Part shown: one piece after another, positions 21,830 to 34,150 of the stretch
How positions within the stretch are numbered: the stretch's first letter is position 1
How the letters are laid out: each line of letters starts with the position of its first letter
DNA from: Octopus vulgaris
Taxonomy: Eukaryota
Direction of reading: 5' to 3'
Assembly: GCA_951406725.2 (NCBI GenBank)
Contig: OX597824.1
Span: 25,606,001-25,670,000, forward strand
Length of the DNA: 64,000 bases
Made by a program: the position numbers and the translations under genes
Notes under the pieces: model-generated
Told to the model about the DNA's origin: nothing
Databases searched by the model: none
Seen by the model: the letters and a program-made list of their open reading frames with translations, nothing else

Positions 21830-23190
21830 CGCACGCGGAGAAATTCCATTATCATGTGGAAATGTTGGAGTATAGGCTTAGAACATCGAAGGAGACCATG
21901 TGGCATTCTTCCTTGACCTGTTCTGGGAGATGGTTCAGCATTCCTAAATAATCTATTTTACACCTTCTAATATGTTTTAGATATGGCTTTAGGAGAATAT
22001 CCATAAAGTAACATAATCTGTGTGTTTCACAGAATGGGGCAGCTATGATAGGTTGTAATTTTAAGTCTCCTGGTGTTGTTGTATGTATGTGTGTGGTGAT
22101 TTGTTGATGGCTTCATTGATGGTTGGTCTTTTGTGGATTTTGGGAAGGCCATAGAAAAGGCTGGGTTTGTATTTAAAGTTTGGTAGGAAATCTACTTCCC
22201 TTTTTGTGAGGCCTTTCCCGTAGGTATGCATTAGTGAAGAGTGGTTTTTCACTATTTTGGTGGGATTGTAGTTGTTGATTTCTTCATAGTACTCATTGTT
22301 GTTTAGTAGGGATATGACTAGATTTCTGTAGTAGGATGTGTCCATAATTACCACTGGGCTACCTTTGTCCGCTTCTTTGATTGTAATTTCTTTATTGTTT
22401 TGTAGTTCATTAATTTCTTTTCATTGGATTTTGTTGAGGTTTGAGATGGTTTTTTGTTTGTGCAGAGTGTGAGAGTGAAAGTTTTCGATGTGTTTGCAAA
22501 ATTCATCAAAGCTTCTGTCGCTTTCTTTGTGGAGGGTGTATTCGCTTTTGTTCTTGACCAGTGATTCATCCTGATCATCAAATTTGGTCAGTGTCTCAAG
22601 TCTTAATTTCCCGCAGAACTCTGAGACGCTGTCTTTAATTTCACTTTGATTGGCTCTTCGGGGAATCAGTGTGAAATTGAATCCTTTGGAGAGGATGTCT
22701 ATCTTAATGTCGGATAAGGATAAGTGGGAGACGTTGATTACTATAGGTTTCTCCTGTGTCTCGGGTTTTACCTTGCTATCGGTTTCCTCTGCTGTGTGAC
22801 AAAAATGTTTGTTGTGGGATGCTGGTTGTTTTTGTGTGTGTAGAGGTTATTCGTGTAAAAACGAGGATTTCCGTTGTGTGGGTGGTGAATTTGAGGGATT
22901 AGGTTGTTATGATTGTATGGGTGTTTGTAGAGTCTATGTTCATAATTTTGTGTAGTGCCTGGTGTTTTTAATAGTCCCCGGGCGCGGTGGATGTTACCGA
23001 ATGGGGTGTAGTCTTGTTCATTATTGTGCGTAGTACCTGGTATTTTCAACAGTCCCTGAGGGGTAGGGTGGCAATACTCCCTCCCCCTCAGCTCCAAGTC
23101 CTCGGACTTTTCCAAAGAGTCCCCCTCCTCGAACCTTTCCAAGAAGTACACATTCCCCTTGTTCATTTATTTCTCACACCAACATAAACA
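21830..23190 (-). pseudogene. Decayed Penelope-like RT fragment (second family); paralogous copy at ~40200-41560
   Basis: LSKGFNF, KEADKGSPVVIMD, FYGLPKIHK, PIIAA and SFDV motifs in broken frames. Confidence 0.8.
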
Positions 23191-23435
23191 CCAAGTAGTA
23201 TGTTGAATCACAGAATAAAATTTCGACCCCTGCCTTGTATGTATGTATGTATGTATGTATGTATGTATGTATGTACTACGTATGCATGTATGTGTAACTA
23301 CCGGTTGAGTAGACTGAGATCACTATCCGGAGAAGAGTCATCTCCACTCTTACATTTTGAATAAGCTCCACCAATTGAATTGGACATATTTCCTTTCATG
23401 ACAACAAAGTGAAATATCTATCTCTCTGTCATAGG

Positions 23436-23478
<43 letters not shown>

Positions 23479-23825
23479 GCAAATCAATTTTGTGGCAATT
23501 ATTTGGTAGCCATGATAAAACTCCGAGTTTCGGACGTCTGGGCGGAAACCCACATCGCTATCTCTTCAGTTATCCGACCATCAAAAAAATGCTATGAAAT
23601 GACTGTTAAGCAAATGCAAATTACTGCGTGATTGACCGTTATTAAGACAAACGAACTATTAGAATGACCGCTAAATGAGGGGAGGGAGTAAAAGTAAGGA
23701 ATTAAAAATGTTCGTAGTATTCGCGTAAGCATGCCCATACCTATACATGCCCGCCCGCACACCCACGTACATGCATATATAAGTATATACTCACCCACTC
23801 TCATTTATATAACTATATATATATG

Positions 23826-24138
23826 TATATCTTTTATATAAAATCCGTTCTGTCTGTCTGTCTGTGTGTGTGTCTTCTCGGAACTCGGGCATCCTCCATC
23901 CGATTGCGCTCAAATTTGATATGTAGATACCGACGGTATCACGGCATGTATAAGTCTTGAAAAAATTACAAAAATCGATTCCAGATGAGAATGCGATCAA
24001 TAAAGCCGTTTTGGTCCTGCTTTTCTTCCGTCAACCTGTACATAACTGCACCTTCCATTTTTTCTTGTTTTTGTACTGCTTAAAGGCACGTTTCTTTCCT
24101 GCCAAGCTTACTGTTTAAACCATGTTTGTGTTCTCCCA
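23826..24138 (+). mobile_element. 5' portion of a Helitron-like non-autonomous element; copy at ~42206-42518
   Basis: TCTTTTATATAAAATCCGTT(CTGT)n start resembles the other Helitron-like heads. 3' end not identified. Confidence 0.4.
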
Positions 24139-24802
24139 GTGAACAGCCTTATCATTAGTGGTACTTTAAACTCTTCGGTTGCATATTTCTGCGAATAAAA
24201 TCACTTTTCTTTGGAATAGAAAAAAGTCTATCTTTATTTCTTCTTTTGCTGGAGTCTCAAATTTAGGTTAAAACAGTGTTTCTCAAAGGAGACAGTCGGA
24301 CAAGTTTTTTTGAGAAAATTTAGTTTAAATGTTTGACAACTCAGCACCGTCCATTGGACGGTAGGCGTTTTGCTCGTATGTATATATATCTATATGTTCA
24401 TATATAGTTGAAAGTTCATAACTGTAGCACAGGGCCTTTTCTATATATAGTATAACTGTGAACTAGATCGACCTTGATTGAGTAGATGCATGGATAAGAG
24501 TTATCAACAATGACCATTCCAATTTTTATACATCGCACTCTACATTGTTCAGTATAAAATTCATTATTTAATATGGTATGATGTGATTTAAAGGTGATTT
24601 TGTTGCAATTTCTAGCAGGTTAGTAACGGTGGAGAGTGTCTCCCGCTAGAACTTGTTAAAATGGAAGACCTCATGTCACTATTGTGCCTTAATATGGTAA
24701 TGAAATACACTATAACATAATAGGATGCGCTAAACAAGTTTCAGGAAATTAAACGACAGCAATGAGTATGGAACATGCACATAAGCTTAAGTGGAGAAAA
24801 GA

Positions 24803-24885
<83 letters not shown>

Positions 24886-25273
24886 TGTGTGTATTCGCGC
24901 GTAGATGTATGTATACACACACACATTCACGAACCCCCCTCCCACACACACATATTGCTAATATTTTGCAGGTGCAACAGCGTGACTCAAGGTCCGAGAA
25001 TTTTGTTCGTTTGTGCACATATATATAGAGAGAGAGACTGACATCGAGTGTTTTAACTTATTCCTGTATGAAGAACATCGTTGCTTTAGCTTCATATCAT
25101 TGTGTGAGCTCCACAACTACCGAACGAACCTATAATTTCTGAGTAAGTGCCTTGCTTTATTTTATTGTGTATTCAAATGGTATTTATAGTAAAGAAATAT
25201 AGCCTGTTTGTCACATACGATACACAGAATATATTTCTTTGGTCATAACTCATTCCTCTTCTTCTTCTTGTCA

Positions 25274-25475
25274 TAATAATTATTATTATTATTATTATCA
25301 TTATTATTATTATCATCATCATCATCATTATTATCATCATCATCATCATCATTATTATCATCATCATCATCATTATTATCATCATCATCATCATTATTAT
25401 CATCATCATCATCATTATTATCATCATCATCATCATCATTATTATCATCATCATCATTATTATCATCATCATCAA
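25274..25475. repeat. Compound (TAT)n/(CAT)n microsatellite; expanded paralog at 43645-43985
   Basis: Directly visible; source of the spurious poly-H/Y and poly-M/I ORFs. Confidence 0.95.
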
Positions 25476-26229
25476 TAATATGCCAGTTTGTTCTTTTTGT
25501 GTGTACCTGAGCGTGGTGACGGAGTTCGTTTTATGTTTTAGGTGTTTATCACATCGCAAGGGAAATAGGTACATAGATACATACATACATTGTTAAATCA
25601 AAAGGGGGGGAGACGAGGGGCACAGAGGATGTGAAAGGGTAAGAGTGAATTTGAGAGAGACAGTAGATACATAATACCAAAAAAATGTTGATACATAGAT
25701 ACATAGACACAGAAAATATTGGGTGTCAATTTCTCTTTTCTTTACCACACGAGGATAAAATTAACTCGCAAATGGCTGGGTACTCCACATACATGTATAT
25801 CATTAACGTAGTTCTGAGACAGATTCATCCTCACACAGAATATGACATGGCTGGCCCCTTTGAATTACAACTACAACTCATTTTGGCCAGCTGAGTGGAC
25901 TGGAGCAAGATGAACTTTCAAGTAGTTGGAAGAAAACGAAAAAAAGATCCTATATAGAAGCAGGAAAATCTTTTAGTCGTTAGGGTCACCATGGAAGTTA
26001 ATCAGGTTCTAACAGCGGTATTCGTGGGTCTCACAGATGTAGAGGCCAAGCCCTCTCATAAACACTGATGTGCAGGCTGTTGTTATCAAACTGAGCGCGA
26101 GTCGTGGGCGAATACAGGACGGAATAGCAATTATTTCCTCTTAGCTTTCACTGCTTATACTAAACACATGACATTTTTGCCTTACGGTATAGAATATTTC
26201 CTTTTCTTCACTCTTTTTAAAGAATGGTA

Positions 26230-26545
26230 CTCCGTCGATTACGACGACGAGGTTCCCGTTTATCTGATCAACGAACAGTCTACTCGTAAAATTAACGCGC
26301 AAGTAGCTGAGTACTCCACAGACATGCATACCATAAGGTAGTTCTCAAGGAGATTCAGCCTCACACAGAATGTGATAAAACTGGCCCCTTTGAATTTCAG
26401 CTACAACTCATTTTTGCCAGCTGAGTGGACTGCAGCAAGGTCAAGTAGAGTGACTGCTCAAAAATACAGCGCGCCGCAGGGAATCGTACTCGTGTCTTTA
26501 CGATCGTGGTCTGAATACCCCTAGCCACTGAGCCACGCACCTTCC
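26230..26545 (-). mobile_element. tRNA-derived SINE; paralogous copy at ~44735-45050, related fragments at ~25760-25915 and ~44265-44420
   Basis: Minus-strand head GAAGGTGCGTGGCTCAGTGG...CGATTCCC. Shares the core CAGCTGAGTGGACTG with the 6943-7281 SINE. Confidence 0.7.
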
Positions 26546-27325
26546 CTCTCTTAACCGCAGAGGGACGGAGTGAAGAGACAGAGACAGAAGAAGGAAAGCA
26601 TCAGTCATCTACAATGACAATCAAACTGAAATAAAATCGATCTTTTCTAGCTTCTTCACTTTTAAGAATGAAGACATTTAGTAATGAATAGAGGGAAGGT
26701 TTTTCAGGTGTTTACGTTTTATTCTGGGAGTTCTAGAACGATTGACTGTTAGTTCTCCCTTCTATCAACCCACCTCCGGTAATTACTCACCTTCTTTCAT
26801 GTCTTTTAGTTGGAGGCGAAGAAGCAGAGACCATGTTTTCTTTTCAGGCACGTTTAATATTTTCTCTACAAACTACAAACAAGCTCCGCTACCTTTTTCT
26901 TCTTCATTCAAAATCTAATGCAAATTTCGAAGGGGATTTAGTTGTGAAAAGAGCCCAGAAAAATGAGTAACATCCCCCTACAAAAGAGGCGGGGGAGAAA
27001 AGTTGCCAACAGGTTAACGAAATTCAACTCTATACATTAAAGAGAGTCTTCAACTACAGCCTCGGGTCGGCCACAGCCTCAGAAGTGAATTTGGTAGACG
27101 GAAACTGAAAGAAGCTCGTCATATACATGTACATATGTGTGTGTGTATATGTTTGTATGTATGTATACAGATAATTATATGAATATACTAAACCACGGTT
27201 TGCCCTTTAAATTACCAACTACTGTTAACCTTATTGCAAGGCCTATACATAGTTAGGTAATACATCAGTAGGGCTTAAGGATACATTCATCCCTTAGACG
27301 GTTGCATAACCTCTAACTCATAATT

Positions 27326-27390
<65 letters not shown>

Positions 27391-27732
27391 CATAAACAGA
27401 TGAGTGTATTTTTACCTTGTTAACAATTAGCACGGAAAAAATAAATAAATAGTTACTAGGGTAGCAAAAAATCTCTCAAGTAAAGAGGTTGTAACTCCTT
27501 GTTTATAAAGGTAGAAACTTCGTGTTTACGTGGAATTTTTTGTATAATATATGAATAAATAAATGGAGTTTATTTTTTCTTTGGACACATGTTTCGAAAA
27601 TTCCACTAATATTATTCAAAAGAATAAATGGTATAAACAATGCAATCTTCTCTTCGGGAAAGTGAAAAAACGAAACTCTGGGACCTGATTGCTATCTTCA
27701 TTATTTTAGCATTTTTTTATTTTATATATATT

Positions 27733-28630
27733 GGGCTGAGGATAATAATATGCAGTTTAATGCTGAAAAATTCCAGGCCCTGCGCTACCAGCATCCAAAA
27801 CTGAATATTAAACTTACAGGATACACCGGTCCACAGGGAATTTCAATCCCAGAGCCTAAGTCTGTCAAGGACCTGGGTATCGACATGAGTGATGATACCT
27901 CTTTCCAAGTGCACATTACCAGGATGCCGACAAAGTGCGGACGACTGGCTGGGTGGATCTTAAGAACATTCAGAACCAGAGAAAAGGAAACCATGATGGT
28001 CCTCTGGCGGACATTCGTCCTCAACTGCCTGGATTACTGCTCACAGCTATGGTCACCCACCAGTGTAAAATTAACAGCGGACCTTAAAGCAATCCAGAAA
28101 AGATTCACAAAGAAGATCGTCTCTTTGCAACAGCTCAGCTACTAGGAAAGGTTGAAACAGCTAAGACTCAACTCCTTGGAGAGAAGACGGGAGAGGTATG
28201 CAGTAATATATGTCTGGAAGATCCTGGAAGGAATTGTGCCAAAATTTGGCATTGTAAGCTACATCAATGCTAGAACGGGACGACACTGCATAGTGCTAAA
28301 GATCCCAGCAATGCCATCACGCTTCAGGACCAGCTTCTGCAACAGCCTGGGTTTCAAGGGCCCACAGCTTTTTAATATTCTCCCAAAGAATCTGAGGAAC
28401 TTGCACAAAGAAGATGTAGCGGTTTTTAAATCAAAGCTGGACATCTTCCTGTCGAGAGTCCCAGATGAACCTACCTGACGGCAAGAGGTGCAAATGAGAG
28501 TAGCTATATAAAACTCCATTCTTCACCAAGTGCCACATATTAGACGAGGTTCTTCATAATAACAGTGTAGCACAAAACAGCGGGGCATCAGCATGGCCGC
28601 AGCTCTGAGCTGAAACTAGAAAAAAAAAAT
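27733..28630 (+). mobile_element. 5'-truncated CR1-group LINE (RT C-terminus, 3' UTR, A tail); its 3' tip also survives at 7791-7811
   Basis: MQFNAEKF, VKDLGI, LDYCSQLWSP, SLERRRERY (homologous to the 14628-17867 ORF2 C-terminus) with an internal stop. Ends CTGAAACTAG(A)10. Confidence 0.88.
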
Positions 28631-29164
28631 TATCTCCTTGCCCTGCTGATATATTTCTTCTCTTATGTTATGTTCAGCTAGTACAAGTACTCAGCTAGTA
28701 CAAGTACTCAGGGATTGTTCCTTTCGTTTCTCGTACAGTACGTATGTGTCTGTGTGTCTATGCATGTGTATTTGAGTTTGTGATTGTCCCCTGTCACACC
28801 TCTTGACTACATGCATTGGTTTCTCTAAGTTCCAAAGGTTCAGCAGAAGTGACAACTGATTAACTACAAGACTTTTAACCAAAGTAAGCAGAGAATTTAA
28901 TTTGTCCGACTAAACCCTTCGAGGATATTCTCCATCATGGCAGCCATCCAATGATTGAAACAAGTAAAGGGTAAAACGTAGTCTATGTAAGTTCAGTTCC
29001 TTTTAGTACGATTTTCTCTATGTTGTGTGTATATCTAAGTCCTAGAGTTTGATTATGAATTTGTCTATACCAAAGTAAAGATGGAGCTTGAGGATAATAT
29101 TCCTTATTTCTATTTTTTCCTATTCAGATTGAACAGAGAAAACACACCCCAAAATTGGAGAAGG

Positions 29165-30373
29165 ATGTCATCATATAAGAATTTAACAAACGGTACGGAG
29201 TATATCACCATCGAAGAACTCAACATACAACATGTTTTGATAAGACTTCCGTTTACTATTCTTATTGCATTAGCTATGACCACGGCTTTTGTTGGAAACA
29301 TTTTAACTATTTACGTTTATGGATTTCGTTTGAAATTATCTCCAACTTATTTCTTTGTTGTGATGCTGGCGTGTGTTGATTTGATTATATGTACCTGTGT
29401 GACACCAGCTCGTATTGTCCAAAACATTTACCCTTTGATGACAACCTGGGATATATTGTGCAAGTTCCATATGAGCTTAACAGTATTCACAGGACTTTGT
29501 AACTATGGTTTTCTACTGGCCATTGCAACAGAGAGATACAGAAAAGTATGCCAACCACTGAAGACTCAAATAAATATGAGAGCTGCGAAAGTCATCACAG
29601 CCTGTATTTTTATTTTCTGTGCAACACAGGGAATTATGACTCTTCTTTACTATGGAAGTGTCAAGAAACCAACTAATTATTCTGGTATCTACAGCTATTC
29701 CTGCTCAGCAAAAAACTACAAGCCTAACTATTATCAACTTGGATTCTTTGCCTTCTACAGTCTCTTAGCAATGGTTACGTTTGTTATTCTCTCTATTCTG
29801 TACATCATAATTCTTCGACATATGAAGGGTTGGGAGAAAACAAAATGTGTCGAACAACAACAAAATAGTAATAGTATTACAAACAATCTCTGTCCCGATA
29901 ATATTCAAGAAAAGTGGCTTAATGTACCAGAAAGTATTGATTCTAATCGATTACCTTCGAATCTTTCTACAGAAGAAGTGGAATTGTCAAATACCAAAAT
30001 CTCATCTAAAGTTTCCTCAGATGAAATATCAAAGATATATACAAAAAGTATTGCGCCTCTCAGGGCTAAACTACGGGAAGCGAACAACGAAAGACGAGCA
30101 ACCGAACAACCCGACAGGATAAAGCGCACCACTATAACGATGATGATGATTACTGTAACCTTTATAGTGACTTATTTAACTATCTTTGGTACCATGATAT
30201 TAGATGCAGTTTTGAAGTCATTAAACACGATGTCGACACCATCATCATTCTTCTATTGGTTCGCACGTCATTGCTTTTACATCAGTTCTTGCACAAATCC
30301 CATTGTTTACAGCTGCAGGAACCAGAATTTTATGGACGAAATTAAAAAGAATTTCAGACTAAAACAGAAATAA
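29165..30373 (+). CDS. Class A GPCR paralog C (nearly identical to B; TM6 proline replaced by Thr)
   Basis: Same 7TM motifs as B. Splice acceptor at 29127, likely ATG 29165 (ORF track starts 29081). Confidence 0.92.
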   Translation: MSSYKNLTNGTEYITIEELNIQHVLIRLPFTILIALAMTTAFVGNILTIYVYGFRLKLSPTYFFVVMLACVDLIICTCVTPARIVQNIYPLMTTWDILCKFHMSLTVFTGLCNYGFLLAIATERYRKVCQPLKTQINMRAAKVITACIFIFCATQGIMTLLYYGSVKKPTNYSGIYSYSCSAKNYKPNYYQLGFFAFYSLLAMVTFVILSILYIIILRHMKGWEKTKCVEQQQNSNSITNNLCPDNIQEKWLNVPESIDSNRLPSNLSTEEVELSNTKISSKVSSDEISKIYTKSIAPLRAKLREANNERRATEQPDRIKRTTITMMMITVTFIVTYLTIFGTMILDAVLKSLNTMSTPSSFFYWFARHCFYISSCTNPIVYSCRNQNFMDEIKKNFRLKQK

Positions 30374-32029
30374 ATGGAAACGATAGGTCGCATCAGTCAG
30401 AAATAGGTATCATCAAACTGTCTGGATATTTTGCATTCTTGTCCAATTTTTGTATTTTTATATATAAAAAAATTATACCGGCGTACGTACACTTTTTCTC
30501 TTATACGAAAGTATATATATATCTAAATTTTGTAGGACTATATTATTAACTCAATTCTTTCATTCTTTCCTTCTTTCTATCAGTCCCTTTACAATTACTA
30601 AGGAAATGGTTTTAAAATATTACCTATATAACTTTATAAATTATATGCAACACTCACCCACCTGAAAAAAAGAACAGTTATTGGAATCTGTATTTATATA
30701 TTTCGTATTCATTTTTTTTAAATAAAAAATACCTATATTAAGAAAAGGACTTTCAACATCAAGAAACGTAAATTCTTAATAACTTTTATGATACGCAATA
30801 AAAAAATCTATGGACGAACCTCAAACGAAATACATGAATAGTGAACACCATAAAATAAATATTAATAGTATTTACTATTTAATAAAATGAGCGTTGTTTT
30901 TCCACTCAAAGTTAGGCAAACGTTGTCTTGATTTATGTACACTTAATATGAATTGTGCCTATTTGCAAAGCCTATTTTGATTCAGAAGTTTTTGTCTCCA
31001 AATTAATAGCATGCTCGACTCTTTGGCCATGACAGGAAAAAAGTATTCCTGTTAATTGTCTTGAACGAGCTTTATGATCAACATTTGTAAAGTTCTGTAA
31101 AACTGGTGGGGGTGATATAACTTGATTTTTTTAGTTAATCCTATGCTTCAAAATTAATTTTGTTTGGCAGTTTGAAATTTCTTAATTCTTCACGGAGCAT
31201 TCGGGGAAAATTACTTGCTTTAATAATTCGCTGAATTGCTACTTCATTAATGTGTCTTCTTCCATCATTCAGCATAGACGATAAAATATTCTCTGGGTGG
31301 GCAAAATACTAACTAGTTTTTAACTATTTCTCCAAAACTTCTTTATGATCTTGCTTCATATCTTGCATTAGCTGTGCCATATACCAAAAATTACTTGCTC
31401 CTCCGAGTAACATTGAGTAAGAACCAGCTTAGAGCATACACTTGCGTTATGATTTTAACAAGATCAATAATAATCTTTTGGGGATTGTTTCCGAAACATA
31501 TAATCGAAGGATTCTGTTTGTACTTGTTAGCCACCTTGCATGATGGATTTTACCAGGTGATCTTCCTGCAAACTGCTCAGAATCGAAACCTGTCTCAATA
31601 TTGAGGCACATTTTATACAGATATTTTTTTTTATCTTAGCTTAAAGTATCAACTAATTTTAATGGCAATTCCTTCACTTTAGTTTTTACTGGAGAAAATT
31701 TGATTATCTTTAAGTTTCTTACATCTTTAATTTTATTGCCAATTAAGCCTTTTCATATTCATGTTCCTGTTATTTTTCCAACTATGGATTCAAATACGTG
31801 TTGAAATGGAAGCACATTTGTAAGTAGCAGGCTTTTCAAACGCAGATGTGGTTAATTCAATTATTTTAATCACCCCTCCTGAATGACCAGTTTTTTCGGG
31901 TGTACCATTACATAATACAGCCTTAAAGCTTTCTTGACTGTCAAAATCAATTGAAAAAAGTAATAACTTCTTCTGTAATGCAACGTGCTGTTCCATAATC
32001 TAGGGAAACGTAATCTAAATACTCAAGCA

Positions 32030-32090
<61 letters not shown>

Positions 32091-33123
32091 GAACACCTTC
32101 GTGACATCCACCTTGCGAACGACACACCGGTCTCACGCCATTTCCGCTCCACCGGTCACTCCTTGCAACACCTCTCTGTGTTCGGTTTGTCCTTACACAG
32201 AGGCCATCCGGATTCCCGTTTGCGCCGTGAACAGGAATTAATCTTCTCTCTTCGCTCTTATACGCCATTTGGTCTCAACTCTCCCCCTCCTCATCTAACC
32301 CCCCTCTCCCCCTCCTCACCTATCCTTTCTCCCCCCGACCCCTACTTCTTCAGTCCTTCATCCTTTCACCCCTACTCCCCTTCCCTTCTTCCCTCTTTCT
32401 CCCTCCCTCTTCCTCTTCCCTCTGCTCCCTCACTCCCTCTCTCCCCTTCTCTCTCCCCCTCTCCCTCTTTCCTCCTTCATCCCTCTCCTCCCCTTCCTTC
32501 TCCCCATCCTCTCCTCTTCACCCTCCCCTCCCCCTCTTCTTCCCCTCCCCTTCTCCCCCTCTTCTCCCCTCCCCCTCTTCTCCTCACTACACCACATGAC
32601 TTTACACATCACATCACATATGATGTGCCATACTAATACACACACCAACTAATACATACTAATACGTACTAATACATACTAGTACATACTAATACTTACA
32701 CCAACCCTATACATACACACGTCCAGACCCCGCATACGCACTTATACTCTCTCACACACACACACACACACCTATACATACCAATACGTACTAATACATA
32801 CTAATACATACTAATACATACACCAACCCCATACATACGCACGTCCAGACCAATCCCACGCACTGATACTCTCTCATACACACACACACACACACACACA
32901 CCCTTATACATACTAATACATACACCAACCCTATACATACACATCCAGACCCCTCCCACGCACTTTTAGCTGGTCCCTCAACCCTATTATCTCCCCTTAT
33001 TTCGCTCTCGCGTCTCATGTTTGATCTTTGACCTCTGGCCGAAATCAGATCGCCATGTTGATTCGTTAGCTACTGCACGCATTTTTTTCTCTCCTTCTTT
33101 CTGTGTTTTTCTCTCTCTGTGTA

Positions 33124-33161
33124 TCTTTCTGTTGAAGAGCGTAGGCTCGAAACGTTAAAGA
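33124..33161 (+). ncRNA. Minimal hammerhead-like motif in pLTR 1 (variant core CUGUUGA)
   Basis: UCUUU CUGUUGA A GAGC-GUAG-GCUC GAAAC GUU/AAAGA: stem I UCUUU/AAAGA, 4-bp stem II, palindromic loopless stem III (AACGUU). Confidence 0.7.
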
Positions 33162-34150
33162 CTTGTTTTATTTATATTTCCTGAGCGCCATACTAATACA
33201 ATTGTTCGTTTGTTTTCCACCTGCCTTCGTCTTTTGTTTATTTTCATAAAGCTTCCCGTTATATATTATGCGCTCACGTGGTCTCACTTTCATCCTATAT
33301 TCTACCAATACCACTATCAACACTTACCTCTACCTTGGATTTTCTTTACCTCTTGGATACTTACCATCGGCTGCACCTCTCTTTCGCGGATCAAAGTGAC
33401 TTTGCATTGATGTGAAATCCTTAAAAAATATACCACGACGTCTACACATTTCTCACCTTGAACTTTCAACCTTGAACTTGTTCGCATAAACTGTCCCGTT
33501 TGTTGTATTTTTATTTTCTCTTATATTACCACTTTTTTTACATTCATTTCATGCTTTCCACATTTTCCTGAATTTTTGTTCTCCTTTCCGTCTTTCTTCC
33601 CTCTCTGGATGTCCATACTCCGTTTCCTCTGCCTGCACCCCCCTTTTTTTTGCCTCCCCCTCTCTCTGCTTCCCTTCTTTCTTTCCCTTTTCCGTTTGCC
33701 CCGTCTTTTCTGCCCCTATCGCTTACTTATCTAGTTTTTTCATACGATTATTATTTATTTTATTTTTTTATTTTTTTTGTTTTTTTGAACGTTTGTTTTT
33801 TCCCCTTTTTTTCTATTTTTTTCATACGATAATTTTTGTTTTTTGTTTTTTTTGTTTTTTCGAACGTTTTTTTTCCGCTATCCCATCATGCCGGATCCTA
33901 GGTCCTACCTCCTCACCCTCAATCACCGTTTGAAGGATCATCTACGTTCGCTTCCTGTATATCGCCTTCAGCCGTCCGTTAATCTCTCTCTACTTCTTTT
34001 AAAAAAACCCGCTTCTCTAGCCATGTCTCTTTCCTAAGCCGCTGCCTACATCACCGACTCATCCCTAAAGGTTTCCGCCTCCACTTCCACCCTGCTCTCC
34101 ACTCGGATTCTTCCATCTTACCCATACTCCGCACCACATCTTACCGCCTT

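Noticed and set aside
25173-25586. Poly-Met/Ile and poly-His/Tyr ORFs (also 43545-44234)
   Set aside because: Translation of a compound trinucleotide microsatellite whose length differs between duplicates.
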